Counted from the first letter of the whole stretch, positions 35,049 to 49,170 are shown. The stretch: 63,799 nucleotides of DNA, filler included, from Folioceros fuciformis (GCA_049999805.1; 6 parts of 6 records of this genome joined end to end with filler, not necessarily neighbours in it); one strand, 5' to 3'. Notes: generated from the sequence alone by a model not told the origin. Program-made: numbers and translations.

Positions 35049-36758
35049 CTAGATTGTAGCTAGTTTTGCAATGTTCATTGGACTAATCTCGTCATCTGAT
35101 CCATAAACAAAGGAATTTGCAAGTAATAAATTGGCTCGATCTGTTGGGTGGTATCTGTCAAGCCCAACTTGTTTCAAAGATCAGTGATTGCTAAATGTAA
35201 GTTGCGTAATGGAAGATTCTGGAAGAAGATGATGAACTCTCACCTGTCCCAAAACACATATCCAGCTCGATCCTTACAATATGGAGTGGTAGGTAAGCAA
35301 GGGGATTCAGCTCCATATACTCCTACTCCACAACAAGATAAGTTACCGTGTACAAATCCTGTAGGAAGGTTGAATGGATTGATTAAGGTAAATATGTTAC
35401 TGTAGTACATCACAATGAATCTTGAAAGGTTGAATGGTCTTACCGAATTGGGCAGGCTTGTTTGCGTAAGCAAAAGTGGTGTCAAAGGCATTTGCATACA
35501 AAAAGTTTGCTCCTGGTAGTTCCAAGGTAAGGTTCACCAACAATTGTTTCAAAGCCCCATTAAATCCTCTCACAAGTTTGTTGATGGGCTCCTCTATACA
35601 CTCGCCATGGACACTGTGAAATTGAATCATGAGGTAAGGAATGCAACCGAGGGGTCCAACTGCCGCCACCACGATCTTACGAGCACCAATGGCATATAGA
35701 GTCTGAAGAGGATGTGGAGGAGGAGAATGAAGAACATTAGAACAATACAATAGCATTGAGTTCAAACAGCTGGAGTTATGTTGATTCAACAACAGCTAGC
35801 TAACCTGGAGCTGCATTTTGAAAGTCTGGATCAACATGTCTTGATAGTCTTTGGGGTTATATTTTAAAGCATCTGGTGAATTAGGTAGAAGATAGTTGTT
35901 GAGGTAGTCATTGCTCCCCATAACAATGAAATAGAGAGACTTCTGGATGAGATCATTTGCCTGAGCGGCTCCAACAGAGCTACATAGATTACGTTTCACA
36001 TCTTTGAAATACTCCACTTGAACGGACATGGGGATTCGTTGCAGCTGCATCAATGGCCAAATGGTTCTAGTGAGTGGAACTTGAAGTTGAGTACTGCAAA
36101 GTAGAGCTATGTAACACATGCTACTCTACTGCTTCTTCATGGGTGTTACTATGNNNNNNNNNNCTATGTAACACATGCTACTCTACTGCTTCTTCATGGG
36201 TGTTACTATGTAACACATGCTACTCTACTGCTTCTTCAAGGGTGTTAACTATCTGTAGATAGATCGTTCAGAAGATCACATAGTTTGCTCCTGATTCATC
36301 CAGTATGCCTGCAGCACCAGACCCAAAGTTGACCCCATGAAAGAAATTGTTTTGATTGAAGTCTAGGTAAGGAGGAGCTGAGGTGATGCCCATCAAGTAG
36401 CCTGTTTTGTGGACATGCACAAAACAAGTGTTAGTTGAGGTGATGCTGAAGCTAGCTTAGTGTAGGGCAGTTCAGTCCAAACTATGTCACTTGTTTCCTT
36501 ACTAATATAGTCAGCCACAGTTCTTCCATTGCAAAATCTGCCAGATGGCATCACAGCCTCGTAGTCAATGCCATTGGGAGGGTAATTTGCCCTCGCAAGA
36601 GATGCTATGAAGTTGTTGTTTCCGTTATCCACTAAGGAGTCTCCGAATGTGAACAATGCAGGGAAAAAGCTTTGTGCTGCAACCTTCCCAATGCGAATCT
36701 GAGAGTTGTACATAAGAAGCAGAATAAACCTTGCAAAACAACTCAATAAGATATCCAT
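35049..36758 (-). CDS. GDSL esterase/lipase, secreted
   Basis: Signal-peptide-like N-terminus, PALFTFGDSLVDNGNN, GRFCNGRTVADYI, GVNFGSGAAGI, MGSNDYLNNY, GARKIVVAAVGPLGCIP and spliced FWDRYHPT. Stop TAG at 35049-35051. Confidence 0.96.
36107..36250. repeat. Intronic 42-bp tandem repeat (ctatgtaacacatgctactctactgcttcttcatgggtgtta), at least 3 copies with a gap
   Basis: Lies in GDSL intron 2, units directly visible. Confidence 0.9.
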
Positions 36759-38199
36759 TTTGGTGTCAAACTAGTAGCAAGTTCCGCCTTGCAAGCTCAA
36801 GACACACTCTCAGCTAGCTTCCAAAAATCTATTGCATCACTCAATACAACTCATCCTTCGTAGTTAGTTCACCTTCCTACCATTTATGGAACAAGCATGA
36901 GAAAGAAAGCTAGTAGCTAGATCTAGCTGAAGGCTGTCAAGCAAGTGCATAAGTGTCCCTTTATAACCGCCAAAAGTGGAAGCTGACCTGGACATGTGGG
37001 TTGGTTGAGCAAGTGTTGTCCATGTGTGGGTTGGTTAAGCAAGTGTTGTTCAGTAGACTTAAAATACTAAATTAATCAAGTATCTAGTAATTAACTACAA
37101 AGCCACTTCATTTTCTATGTTAAATATAGTTTCACATATCCTCATATTTGAGCACTCCTTGAACATCATGTTTTTTATTTCATTTTATTTCAATTATTTT
37201 ATAATATTATTAAAAATATTATTCATAATTTAGGTCTGTGAATTATGAAAGGTTCCTACGACATTATAGAAGCAGGAAGCATGTTTTACCATATGATATC
37301 ATTTTTCACATTCATTTCACAATTTTGAAGAAATGCTAACAAGCTAAGAAATTCTTGATAAATTCATGAATTCCTATCAAAATTAGATGCTATCACCTCC
37401 TTGGTGCTACATGTCCTTCCAAATATCTAAAAAAGTGCAACAACCATCTTCACACATACTACTTTAAAATGTAGATTTTTTTAATAAAATATTCTCAAAA
37501 TAAGATTAAAAATAACAATCAAGAATGTTTGGATTGTTAGTGAGTTTTATTTTCAATGCAGATAATACATTGCATATATCTGTTTGTTTTGTTAGATAAG
37601 TAGAAATTTTACTCCAAAACTGCATTAAAACTGGTGGGAGACAAATATTTTTATTCTGTTCTTGCACGATTAATAAAAAATGTAAATAAATATTATATAT
37701 ATACAAATATAATTACATATTTATAGTGAATTGAAGTACAGAGGTAGATACGTTGATGTCGTGGCTGGTTCTCGGAAGCCAGAAAAGAGAGTAGGTAAAG
37801 GAAAGAAGAGAGTGGAATGGGCGGTTGGTTTTTGACGGAATTAATGAGGAAGAAAAGGTGGGTAAAACNNNNNNNNNNNNNNNNNNNNNNNNNNNNNNNN
37901 NNNNNNNNNNNNTTAATTAATTAANNNNNNNNNNNNNNNNNNNNNNNNNNNNNNNNNNNNNNNNNNNNGCGCCCTCGTACCCACTATGCCTCGCTACCAA
38001 CCCCGGGGGTCTTCCAATTCTCATCTCTCTCTCATGACACCCATCCCCCTCGATGGAGTCGCCTGCTGGTACAATGCGTCCGCCGAGACGGTGAGTCGTC
38101 CAGTCGGCCTCAAGGTCCGCTCATTACTCTGGTGAAGCGGAGTCCTCGTACTCTGACTAGATTACCTCCTCGGTGCCTTGATAGATGTCAAAGGCTCCG

Positions 38200-39760
38200 C
38201 CTTCTGGGAGCGCGACAACTGTCTCTCAGTTCTTGGAGATTCCTTGATAGACCCATTGGACTGCAAATAACAGAATATTTCAATACCTACGAGGAACCAT
38301 GCGTGTGTTATAAAGGTAGCGGGCAATCAAATCTTACCTTGAAAGGGTTCACCAACGCCAACTAGGCTTCAGACAAAGACACTCAACGTAGCATGTCCAC
38401 ATACTACTTTACTCTTGTATCTTTTAATTGGAGTTGTACAAAATAGTCATCTATAGCCTCTCGTCCACACAGGCAGAATACAAATCCCTCACAGAGGCAG
38501 TTAAGGAGGCTGTTTGGGAAAGGAGTTTCCTCAATGGCTTAGGCCAGGCTCAACTTGAAGCCACACTTATCCTCTGTGACAACACATCAGCCTTGGATTT
38601 AGTATCACATCCAAAATTCCATGCCAAAACAAAACACATCGAGATACAACATCACTTCATATGGGACATAGTGGAATAAGGTGTGATCTAGGTTGAGAAT
38701 ATCAGTATAGAGGATAACCCAATAGACATTCTTACCAAGGGACTTCCAAGAAACAAACACTATTTGCATATGAAAAGGCTTAGACTACAAGAGTTTTCAG
38801 CCTATGCCTAGACACAGCCTACCTATCTGATGCTAAAGGATAGATCCTAATGTTGCTCCAAGCATGTTCGCCTCAGCATTGAGTTCGTTGTCAGCTGTGA
38901 GTGGATGAAGCTAGTTGAAAACCTAATCACTTGATGGTTGACTGCAGGACCCCTAAAAAACTTTTGTGCTTTCCCATCTTTCAGTAGTGGGATCACTACT
39001 CTTGCTCTCCACCTCTTCAAGCACATGGGGTTCAGAGTCTGTTGTCGACATGGAGCCTTCCCAATTGGCGGACAAGTTGATGTTGAGGCGAAAGTCCCCA
39101 AGCTATATGAACATGCTGAGGTTGAATCCCTTAGTCTAGTCGCACTCCTCTACATCAAGCTACTCAGCAATGCAGCATCACTTATTCCCTTCAAATGTAG
39201 ATCCCAGGTTTGTTGTCTCCTTTCTCTCCTCCTTCGTGTTGCACAACTTGCCACTCCTAGTCTTTATCGCAATCATGCAGGTGATGATCTTTGCAACCAA
39301 ATACAGGATCAGCTCGATTAGGGCAACCTTATTGAGTGTCAACCTTGCTACCATGTTTAAGTAGTCAGGGGGGATTTTGTGGAACTTGTGTTTGCACTAC
39401 ACATCAAGACCTTGTGTTTTTTGTAGGATCTGGGCGTGAAGCTCGTTGCGCCCAAGAGGGAGTGTAAAGAATAAAGGCAATTGTATAGAATTAAGTATAG
39501 CGTCCTTTATTATTTAGGCTCACTTACTCGCAGAATATTTGTGAGTACATGGATATGAAACGTTCTTAGTACGAGAGGGTGCTAGGGCAGGTGTTACTTA
39601 ATGGACTATTTTTGAATGAATAAATTAATTAGTTTCTAGCATCTTGCTCCGTATACTTGCAGTTTTGCTTCTACTCAAATGATGTAGTTCGGGATGTCTT
39701 GTTTTCAATGGTTAGAGAATGTTGGTTTCTTCCGTATAGGGAGTGTCCATATACTTTACA
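38200..39760 (+). mobile_element. 3' part of a Ty1/copia retrotransposon: degenerate RT C-terminus/RNase H, 3' spacer, PPT and 3' LTR (39463-39760)
   Basis: SLSSTQAEYKSL...LCDNTSAL...FHAKTKHIEIQHHFI...DILTKGL with stops. The purine run aagagggag precedes TGTAAAG at 39463, and the matching CTTTACA ends at 39760 (7-bp perfect terminal inverted repeat). Confidence 0.9.
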
Positions 39761-39959
39761 GAATAGGGTTTCACTTGTAGTCCATCTTTTTATACTAGGG
39801 GTGAACAAGTTTGCTTTGTTGATGTGGTTGTAATATATCTCACTAGGAATTCGATTTGTGAGCATGTCGTCATCAACAGACTTGGATGGGTAACGAAGGG
39901 TTGTGCAAATGCTAAAGTCCATAAGTATTCTTCCCTATAGGAAGAGCATGTTTTGGCGC

Positions 39960-40124
39960 CTCTTGCTCTTGAGACCCATGGGGCTATGGGCAAGACCTTG
40001 GGGCTATGGGCTAGACCTTGAAGTTTTCGTCCTTCTTGCTCTTGAGACCCATGGGGCTATGGGCAAGACCTTGAAGTTTTCGTCCCTCTTGCTCTTGAGA
40101 CCCATGGGGCTATGGGCAAGACCT
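39960..40124. repeat. Tandem repeat, about 53-bp unit (cttgctcttgagacccatggggctatgggcaagaccttgaagttttcgtccct), 3 copies
   Basis: Directly visible units. Confidence 0.9.
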
Positions 40125-40201
40125 TTTCAAGGTTCATTAAAGAGTGTGCAAAGTATATCATAATCATAAGAACGAGGGTTTTCCTCTGTTCTTAGGGGTG
40201 A

Positions 40202-40485
40202 CCTTTTGATAATGCGTATCCATTGCCTTTTCATAATGCGTATCCATTGCTTTTTGATAATGCGTATCCATTGCTTTTTGATAATGCGTATCCTTTGCCT
40301 TTTGATAATGCGTATCCATTGCCTTTTGATAATGTGTATCCATTGCCTTTTGATAATGCATATCCATGGCCTTTTGATAATGCATATCATTACCTTTTGA
40401 TAATGCATATTTATTGTCATATCATAATGCATATTTATTGCCTTATGTAAGACATATTTATTGCTTTATCGTAATGCATATTCAT
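40202..40485. repeat. 24-bp tandem repeat (ttttgataatgcgtatccattgcc), about 10 copies degenerating rightwards
   Basis: Directly visible, and explains the repetitive spurious ORFs here. Confidence 0.95.
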
Positions 40486-40873
40486 TACTTCGCTTCATGA
40501 CCTTCTCATTATTGCTTCATGACCTTCATTATATGGACAAGGTTATTAATCTCCAAATATGAGATTATCGAACCTATATGGTTATCAAACAACCTAACAT
40601 ATACCTAGACAGATGAGGAGGTTGTCAAACAACCTGTAGATATGACGCTATCAACCAACAAAGAGATCTGAGGTTATCAAACCTATTTCGGCATCTGGTT
40701 CATTGCGGAACCTCATGTTTGAGCTCCCCTAAAAGTCCATGCCATGCCAAACCGTGTGCACCTAGTGCTGGCTAATACACAAGTCCGCCTATCACCGTTC
40801 TCGTACCTGACCTATACGCAGCTGCCTCGTAACCCTCAGCTGTGTCCACTGATCGGAATCTAACAAACATCTT

Positions 40874-43800
40874 TCACAATTCAAACTCGCTCAAAAGCTG
40901 CTCTACACACGGCTTTACGCCTCCGCATGAAGACCGTATAAGCACATCCGATCCAACACAGTCTGAAAGCATCTCTGCAGGATTCCTGGCACCGCCATGC
41001 TCCAAAAATCCTCGTCGTAGTTTCTCCCCGGTCTCGCCGTTCAGCGGGTCGCTGGCGCAAAGCCGGTGCCAGATGCTGGCCGACAGACATCGAGCATACA
41101 AATAGCTGTAATAGCCTGCGTACACAGTGCCACGTCCATCACATCACTGAGACACCCGACCACACTAACACTGCTCCTCAACAGCAACCCTCTACATACC
41201 CGCCCCGTAGCTCACAAGGTGACTGAATCTCGTATGCCAGTGAGTCCCCTTGACATGCTTCCAGCTTGTATACTTGTTCTTCATTTCAGCCACCACAGCT
41301 GTCGTATCGCTCGTTGGCAGCGGTTGCACCCCGTACAGTGTCTGGTCAACCATGGCGTAGTACACCTGCAAGCCACACCCCGTTTCTTTAGAACATCACG
41401 TCCCACAAACAACCTTACGTCTACAGAACACGCTTGTCACCTGGCGTTGGATCTCAGTAGCAGCCAACATTTTCCTTGAAGCTTTCAGGGAATTCACCAT
41501 CTTTTCAGGGATTGCTTCTCCTGAAGAGTAGTGCTTTGCAAACCTACTCAGCACACGATAGTCCCAGGCATAGTATCTGCACATACAAACCACAACTGCT
41601 CCACAGACCGGTCTAACCCACACGCACAAGACCCTCACTTTTCGCCATGCTCTACCACACACTTACTCAAGGAGATGAGCAGGCGTTTCGGAGAAGTCCA
41701 ACACTGTTCTTGTCCCTGAGAAATGCTGGTATTCCTGATTCCGCAAACTTAATCAGTAAGCGTACATCATAACCTGGTGTTTCATCTCCATACATGACAA
41801 GCTTTACAACTTACCGTGCGGGACAGAAGAGAATGTAGAGCATGCCCATACTCATGGAAAAGAGTCTCCACTTCCCAGTGATTAAGCACAAACGAACTGT
41901 CCCCGCCTGAGTTACAGAAGTTACAAACCAACGCCACCACCTGTAGGAACAACAGCCGCAAGTATGAATCATTCTGGAATCAAATCCTCCCACACAAATA
42001 CACTCGTTCCTTACTGGAAGTTGGTAAGCCGTTTCTGACGTACGGCGGCCTCCTCGTAAGGTGAAATGTGCACAATTAGGATACTTCCCCGGACGAGAAT
42101 AGAGATCAAGATACATGTAGCCCAAAGGTCCCTGCGAAAACAGACTTTGAAAAACATTGTGAAAAATTCATACATGACAACATGATTCTCGAAGAAAGAG
42201 CTACCCAACGCACCTCAGAGGGATGTTCAAACACCAATTTCTTAACGTCAGGGTGCCAAGCTTCACCACCGCCTACTGGCACTTCCCTGAATGTTGCCCC
42301 AAAGAGTGACTGACTGATCAATTTGATGCCTTCGAGGCATTGGACAAGGGGAAAATAGGCAGCAACTGTCTGCAATGTGCCACACATGTTTACGAACCTG
42401 TCATGCCAGCCCATGAACTGACCTACAACGTGCAGTTGCAAACACTTGTATGTGGAGGCGAGGGTGTACGCCCACAACGTGCGGAGAAATGCAGGTCAAG
42501 AGTGACAAACATAAAAGCTTTCAATAGTGCCATCCAGTAAAGCTCACTCACTCTGGCATCCAGATTTTGTGTTGTGGACCTCATCAATCCAGAATAGTAC
42601 AATTCATCCCAAGGATTGACTGTTCCATATCCACCATTCTCTACCTGCTTCTGAAAATCTTCGAGCATCCTCAATTCCTGTTGTGTCATTGTCTCATACA
42701 TCTTGATTCTTGTCATTGAGTATTGGACATCTACCATGCATCCACATGTGGCATCATTCCTCAAATACATTCAAAGTACCTCATCTGCTTTCCTCTTCAA
42801 TCTCGTGTTTAACTCAATTAAGAATGAAACCACAGATTCTGGCGATCCTGCCATTGCTGGAGCCACCGCAAATGCTGCATATGATTTATATCCTAGAATC
42901 TGCAAATTCGTCAAAACGAAATCAGAAACCTCAAAAGACACCATACTCAGAAAGGAACACAACTCAGAGTCATTACAAAGCCAGTGCAGATGAAGGAATG
43001 CTTGAATCACCTCTGCCAGCTCGTGACGAGCACCTATCAGGTGATCAATAATTCGCAGATTACTTTTCGGCACACTGTGCCCAACCATGTACACCTGCTT
43101 CCTGACCTGCACCGCACTCCCATCAGATGTAAGTGGGAGGCTCTTCATGCATATTCTGTAGGACCCAATGCGAACTCAAAGACCAGTGGACAGGTTGTCA
43201 GACAGATGATATACAAGAGGCTGGACAATCAACACGTGCACTGCCATCTGCGAAAGGGACAAGAAAACCTCTGCATCTGGTAGCCACTTTAGTACTGCAG
43301 ATAGAACTCCTGGTTCTGTTGTCACACGCATGCCCTTCATAGAGCCTTCGAGATCGTCTTGCTTCCTTCTCCCAGCTCTCCGAAGCCCATCCGGATGATG
43401 AGAGATTGGCTGAAGCATGTGCCGAATACTGTTAGGAACTTTAGAGGCTGGAAAAATGTCAACTTGCCCTTGATCGTGCAAAATGTTTTCGCCAAATCTG
43501 ATTCGCAATTCGACCAAAATAACAATAATAAGACCCATGCCACACACACCTAGCACAACTCCCTCTGCAAACCGAAATTTGAAACAGCAGAAAATTTTGC
43601 ACTTTTTCACAGATTGCAGCTTATCCCAGTTTCAAAACATTAAATGTGAATATTTCACTAATTAGCCGCAGATGCTGCACTAAAAGAGCATCGCTCATCC
43701 CTTTGGCCGTTGACGAACAAGAGAGACAAGGATGTCACTTACTCCCTCCCTAACCGAGTGATTTCCAAGTTGAGGTCATTCACACGCTTCACTTTCTCTG

Positions 43801-45151
43801 CAACAAAGAAAATGCAACTTCAGCACATCTGCTCAAGGTAATGGAAGAGTGGAGTTCGAACCAGAACCGACTATATGACCATTGAGACTGACCAGGAGAA
43901 AGGTGAATGCCGCCTCTCTCAAAATCAGAACGAAGGGCCCTTGCTGCTCTTCGAGCCTCCTCTGTGGTAAGCTTCCCTGATTTCTCAGCATCCACCACAG
44001 CTTTGTAAAGCACAGGGTGCGTGTTGAGGTACTGAACACAGCCCGATGTTGCACATCAGAGGAGGGAAACAGACATAAGTCGAGAGATCTAGGGTGCAGC
44101 CTCCCCACACGAAACCCCGTTGCCCAGTTTTACCTGCAGGTACTCATACAGTCGCATAGAAGCATGATTTGCTTCAGCAACAAAGTCCCTATCCAAAGGA
44201 AACCAAGGAAGTCAAACAACCAGTGAAGACAGAGCACAGGAGTATATACGTGCAGTAAAGACCTCAAAATGGCACCTAAACAACACAAGTACCTAGACTA
44301 TGTAGACAGACAAAGAGCACCAGTGGCTGTTCGAAATCCACCTTACTTGTCAGGATGAGTACTGCGGCAAAGCTCTGCTGCATCCACTACAGTACAGACC
44401 TGTTCAATATGAAGCGGGAAAACTGGATCGTCATTAATTCAGTGGTCAAACAGCCGTCGTCGCGCTACAAAAGAGATGCCTAGCGAAGTGCGGATTGAAT
44501 TTTGTGGCGATGACTGCACGGTGAATGGGTCCCCTACTTCTTCCTCAGAAGCCAATGAAGACAATCAAGAAAAACACTTCGCACAACTATAAAGTTCAAA
44601 AGCGCATTAAGGATGGAAAAGACAACCCACTGAATCGGAAATATCATCCATGGCTCGAATGGTGTCCATGGAAGGAGGCAACTCCTTCAGACGTGCAATC
44701 AATTCCTCGGATCTGTCGGAACCAAATTCATCAGGTTGAGGCCTTTCATAAGTTCAGAGAGATCCCAATTTCACTGATCATATGCCGACCTTTCTATTGC
44801 ATCCTGAGCAAAAGCCTGAAACCCTTTGGCCACCTTCAGTTGCTCGTACCCATACAGGCCCACAGCTTCCACATTGGAAGAAGCATCCAGGCGTGGTCGG
44901 TAGCCCCGACGTGAATCTGCAGTTGGCGCAGAGACAGCCCCCTCCGACTTCTTCGGCCACACGCAACCAGGGATTGTCCGGCAAGGCATTCCGCTGCGAA
45001 GTGACTGGAAAACTGATCGAACAGGCGTGCAAGTAGCCAGGTTCTCTGAAAGCACATCACGACCTTGACGAGCCTCCAATCTACGGTAGGAGCAGCCAAA
45101 GCTGAAAGACGCCTTCGCAACAACCCGTTTGGCAACTTCACGAGACTGCAT
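40874..45151 (-). CDS. OCT1: Mitochondrial intermediate peptidase (peptidase M3A, MIP/OCT1), about 15 exons
   Basis: Arg/Ser-rich presequence, VCTVVDAAELCRSTHPD, GYMYLDLYSRPGKYPNCAHFTLRGG, zinc motif LFHEYGHALHSLLSRT, EYQHFSGTRTVLDFSETP and YAGYYSYLYAR...FLEHGG. Confidence 0.95.
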
Positions 45152-45409
45152 TTCTGCTTACAGATGCCTCAACACCGAAAGTATTACCCTTCCGCCCGTT
45201 TAGAAAAGTCACGACATTGATGGGAGGGAAAGGGCGCGATAACGCCTTGAAAGGTGAGCAATCGTGCAAGTAAAAACGTCGAGCGTCCTTGAACTGGGCC
45301 CGTGCACAAACTCTCCAACTCCATGGACCGCGGTAAGGGATTTAATTATGAGTACCTTTTGCTATATGCTGTAGGTGCGTAGGAGGCTGGTATTCGTGGG
45401 GCTAGTCCA

Positions 45410-47000
45410 TAGGGAATATCCATAGGATACCCATATAGTATATGGTCCCATATTTTTAACCTAATGGACATACCACATCGGGCAATATGCGGCTATCAGG
45501 GCATCCGGACTGGCCATCGTCCAATAAAGATTTTTCTTTTTTTTTGGACGTATAGTGGAGTACATAACATTTTTTTACTTGAGATCTCATTATGGTTTTT
45601 AGGGTTATAGGGCTCAAGATGAGAACGAAGTCACTATGCTCGATGTCACCTTCTTTTAGCAAACCAAGTCAATCTCCCTCGAGGCAACAATTGCATTGCA
45701 ACGCCTTCGGCTAGAGAAAGGTAAGTACCTTCGCATGGAACCATATAGTCTTTATTCCAAGCCTCTAAGGGCAACATGACCCAACAAAGGTATACATACA
45801 AAATCACAGACTCCATGGGCCTTCATAAGAAGACCCCATACTACTACAAAGGCCGGAGAAGACAAATAAGANNNNNNNNNNACAAATAAGAAGACCCCAT
45901 ACTACTACAAAGGCCGGAGAAGACAAATGCCGCTCCATGCCCATGGAGTGGTCTCCTCCTTCATCCATGGTTGCACGTACACCTCCAAGGGCTCCACCAC
46001 AATGTCCAAGGGTTGTACCAAGGGAATCTGCACTCTAAACCTGCAAGGATATTTGCAGCGTGAAATTTGCAATGTAAACCTCAAGGTAAATTGCAGCCAC
46101 AACCTTTAAGGCAACCTACATATGCAATCTTCACATACAAGTTGCGATTGTTCTTTACAATTGCATAGTGCAAGGCCATCTACGAGACAATAGGGACGTG
46201 CTATCTATAAGGAAATGTACAAGTAGGGTAAGCATCTCAACACTACTCTTGCAATCCCTAAGGCCATCTGCAAGCCCAATTGTGCGGCACCCTTAGCTCA
46301 AATCAAACCCTCCAATCCCTCCCTATAGTTGACCACCCTAGGCTGTGTGAGAGAGTGACACCCACAATAATTTGAAATTTGCAAGGTGATATGGGGGCAA
46401 GTTGCAGGACAATTCTGTAAGGACATTGTGCAATGTAGTGCACATAGACCATCTACAATACATTTTGCATGGGCCATTTGCAATGTAGTGTGCTGGGACA
46501 ATCTACAAGGTCATTGCACTGTACAAGGACAATCCGCCAACTCAATGCAATCTATTGGGACAATCTACTAGTTCAACGCAATTTATTGGAACAATATGCT
46601 AGTTCAATGCAATATATTGGGACAATTTGCAAGTTTGACACGGTCTGCAGGGTCAATCTACAAGGGCAATGCAGTTTGTAATGACACTATACAAGTTCTA
46701 CTCAGTNNNNNNNNNNTTGTAATGACACTATACAAGTTCTACTCAGTGCAAGGCTTTAGGGTCATACAATCTTCAATGCAACACCCACAACAATTGGCAA
46801 TTTGCACGCAAATCTATGGGGCAAGCTACAGGGACACTATGCCATGTAGTGTGTATGGACCATTTGCAATGCAGTATGATGGGACAATTGGCAACCCATT
46901 GTGTAGGGACAATATGCAAGTTCTACCCACTCTGTAAGGCAAGCTGCAAACTCAAGCAATGTGGTGGGACAATTTCCAAGTGTGAATCAAGGTACAAGGG
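45410..47000. mobile_element. Dispersed repeat of unknown family, copy 2
   Basis: Collinear similarity with 9520-11000. The spurious peptides PLEVYxQxWxxEExTPWAWSGxCLL appear in both copies. Boundaries approximate. Confidence 0.65.
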
Positions 47001-48516
47001 TTCCCCACATGATATGGGGAGAAGACTAACATCACCAAGCTTGTGACCTAAGAAGAAAGAAAGTTATGGACCATAAAAGAATGTTCATTATTCCTAATGA
47101 GTTTGAAAGTTTGAACTGTAGGGTAGTACATAATGTGACGTGGAACCCTAAAAGCTGTATGTACGCGAGAGATACCATAGAATATTTATGTACAACATAT
47201 GGTTGAGAAAAAAAAACCTAATCATGCATCTTATGCCGTATTAGTATTCCATACATACAACCCGTTGCTTATGACTACTTGGTGTGCATGGGAATATTTA
47301 TTGCACCCATTGTCTTTGCATCCCTACTAGCTCAAACACCATGCCTTCCAATCACTGTGCATCTCTCGTCCCAACCAGGGTTTTATCTCTTGCGCCTCTA
47401 TGTTGCATCGTGCTACAGGTTTCATCAATGTAGCGGACACACAATAGCCAATTTGTATGTTCAAATGAGTTGAATGGTGTTTATAGTAAATTAATTGCAA
47501 AAGTTGCTTTAATGGGATGTTCAATGCGTACCTCAAATGTTGCTTTTCACAGGTGGAATCTCGTTCCAATCCACTAAATTACCGTCACCTCCGTTTATCA
47601 CCATGTAAACTCACAATCTTGACACCTTGGGTTTGCAAACTGTGAGCCCATAAGGGACACATGTGGCAATCATGCAAGGTGGGTGGGGCTTTTGAACAAG
47701 CGCCTTTGGATTCAATTGATGTATAGCCACCGATATGAGTGGTTATTTGCTTGATTAGAGGTTACATCGATATCAATGGGGTTAGCACCGTATAGGCATA
47801 CATAAAAAACATTAGGCGAGTGACTCCATCAGCAGTTTGCATTTTTTCTGTTCACCTTTGATTACACATTCATGTCTTATATTGGTAATGTTGTGATAAC
47901 GGGCATAAGCCTTGTGTGGAAACCTGAAAATGGACACCTAACTAGCAATATGCTTGAAAGGACCATTCCACCGCTGGCTCTTCCATGCATGAAGCCCATT
48001 ACCAGTGGGCTCTTCATCTTGATAAGGTCACACAAGTCGACATGTCACTGGAAGAAGGCAATTGCTCTGCAACCTGCTTGCTGAAGTACATTGGGGCAAG
48101 GTAGATGCCTGAACAATGTGGGTTTGGACCTTGAGTAGCTTGATAATCTCCTGCAACATATGCACGCTAAGTGAATGGCATCACTCGCTGATTCTAGCAA
48201 GGGTGATTATCGAGGTAGTTTTTCCCCACAACCAACACTCACTTAATCTAGTTGTAGTATTCTCCCATTCCAAGTTCACACAAATGCATTGTTGTTATCC
48301 TCCCCACAACTGCCCATGGTATTCGTATAAATCCCCTCACGATTGTCCCCACACAACAGCAACCTTCGAGGAGAGAGGGTAGCCCAACTCTCCTTGCCTT
48401 GCAACCACATTTGTCTNNNNNNNNNNNNNNNNNNNNNNNNNNNNNNNNNNNNNNNNNNNNTTAATTAATTAANNNNNNNNNNNNNNNNNNNNNNNNNNNN
48501 NNNNNNNNNNNNNNNN

Positions 48517-49170
48517 TACAAGCGATGGAACCCGGTGCATCCCACATGCGGGGCCTTTTGGGGTATCGGGGTGGGCTTGGGATGCGGCGTGGGCTGGGGG
48601 CCAGGGTTCGGCCCGGAGGTGATCGGCTACACTGGAGCGGGCTGCGGAGTTGGATTCAGCGTGGGCGTAACCCTGGTGGGGTGCGGGGTGGGGCTGCCAG
48701 CCAGCGGTCTCACCTGCCTGCCCTGCGACACCATGGTGCTCGCCTCCGGGTGCCTGCTTGATGTGACCAAGGCGCGGGTGCTGCCCGCCATGCTTGTGGC
48801 GGCCCGGCAGAGCTGGGCGTCACTCACCCACCAGGCGGCGTCGCTGGAGGAGCGGCTGCGAGTGGAGCACGCGCATCTCCTCACCAACGTCAGGTTCCCG
48901 CCGGCCAAGATGCCCTTCCTCCACCTTTGGCTGCGTCGACACTACTCCCGCAAATCCGTCCTGCTGCAAGGAGGAGGAGCTAGGAAGGCGACGCCATCAT
49001 CGGCAGTGGAGCAGGAGCAAGAACAAGAGCAGGCCGCGGCGGAAGAGTTCCACCTCCCTCCTCGTAACCCCGTTTCGTGCCCATCTTCCGCTCTCTTCTC
49101 CTCATCCCTTCCCTCCTCTCCTCGGGACGCGGCAGATGCTACTCCTCAGACTCCTCGATCTCCTCCTTAA
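48517..49170 (+). CDS. Gly-rich membrane protein, cadmium-induced protein AS8-like, 5' truncated
   Basis: YKRWNPVHPTCGAFWGIGVGLGCGVGWGPGFGPEVIGYTGAGCGVGFSVGVTL matches my recollection of the AS8 family N-terminal domain. Confidence 0.85.
   Translation, partial: YKRWNPVHPTCGAFWGIGVGLGCGVGWGPGFGPEVIGYTGAGCGVGFSVGVTLVGCGVGLPASGLTCLPCDTMVLASGCLLDVTKARVLPAMLVAARQSWASLTHQAASLEERLRVEHAHLLTNVRFPPAKMPFLHLWLRRHYSRKSVLLQGGGARKATPSSAVEQEQEQEQAAAEEFHLPPRNPVSCPSSALFSSSLPSSPRDAADATPQTPRSPP

Noticed and set aside
40127-40450. Repetitive ORFs (HYQKAMDT, IIKRQWIR)
   Set aside because: They are by-products of a 24-bp tandem repeat open in several frames.
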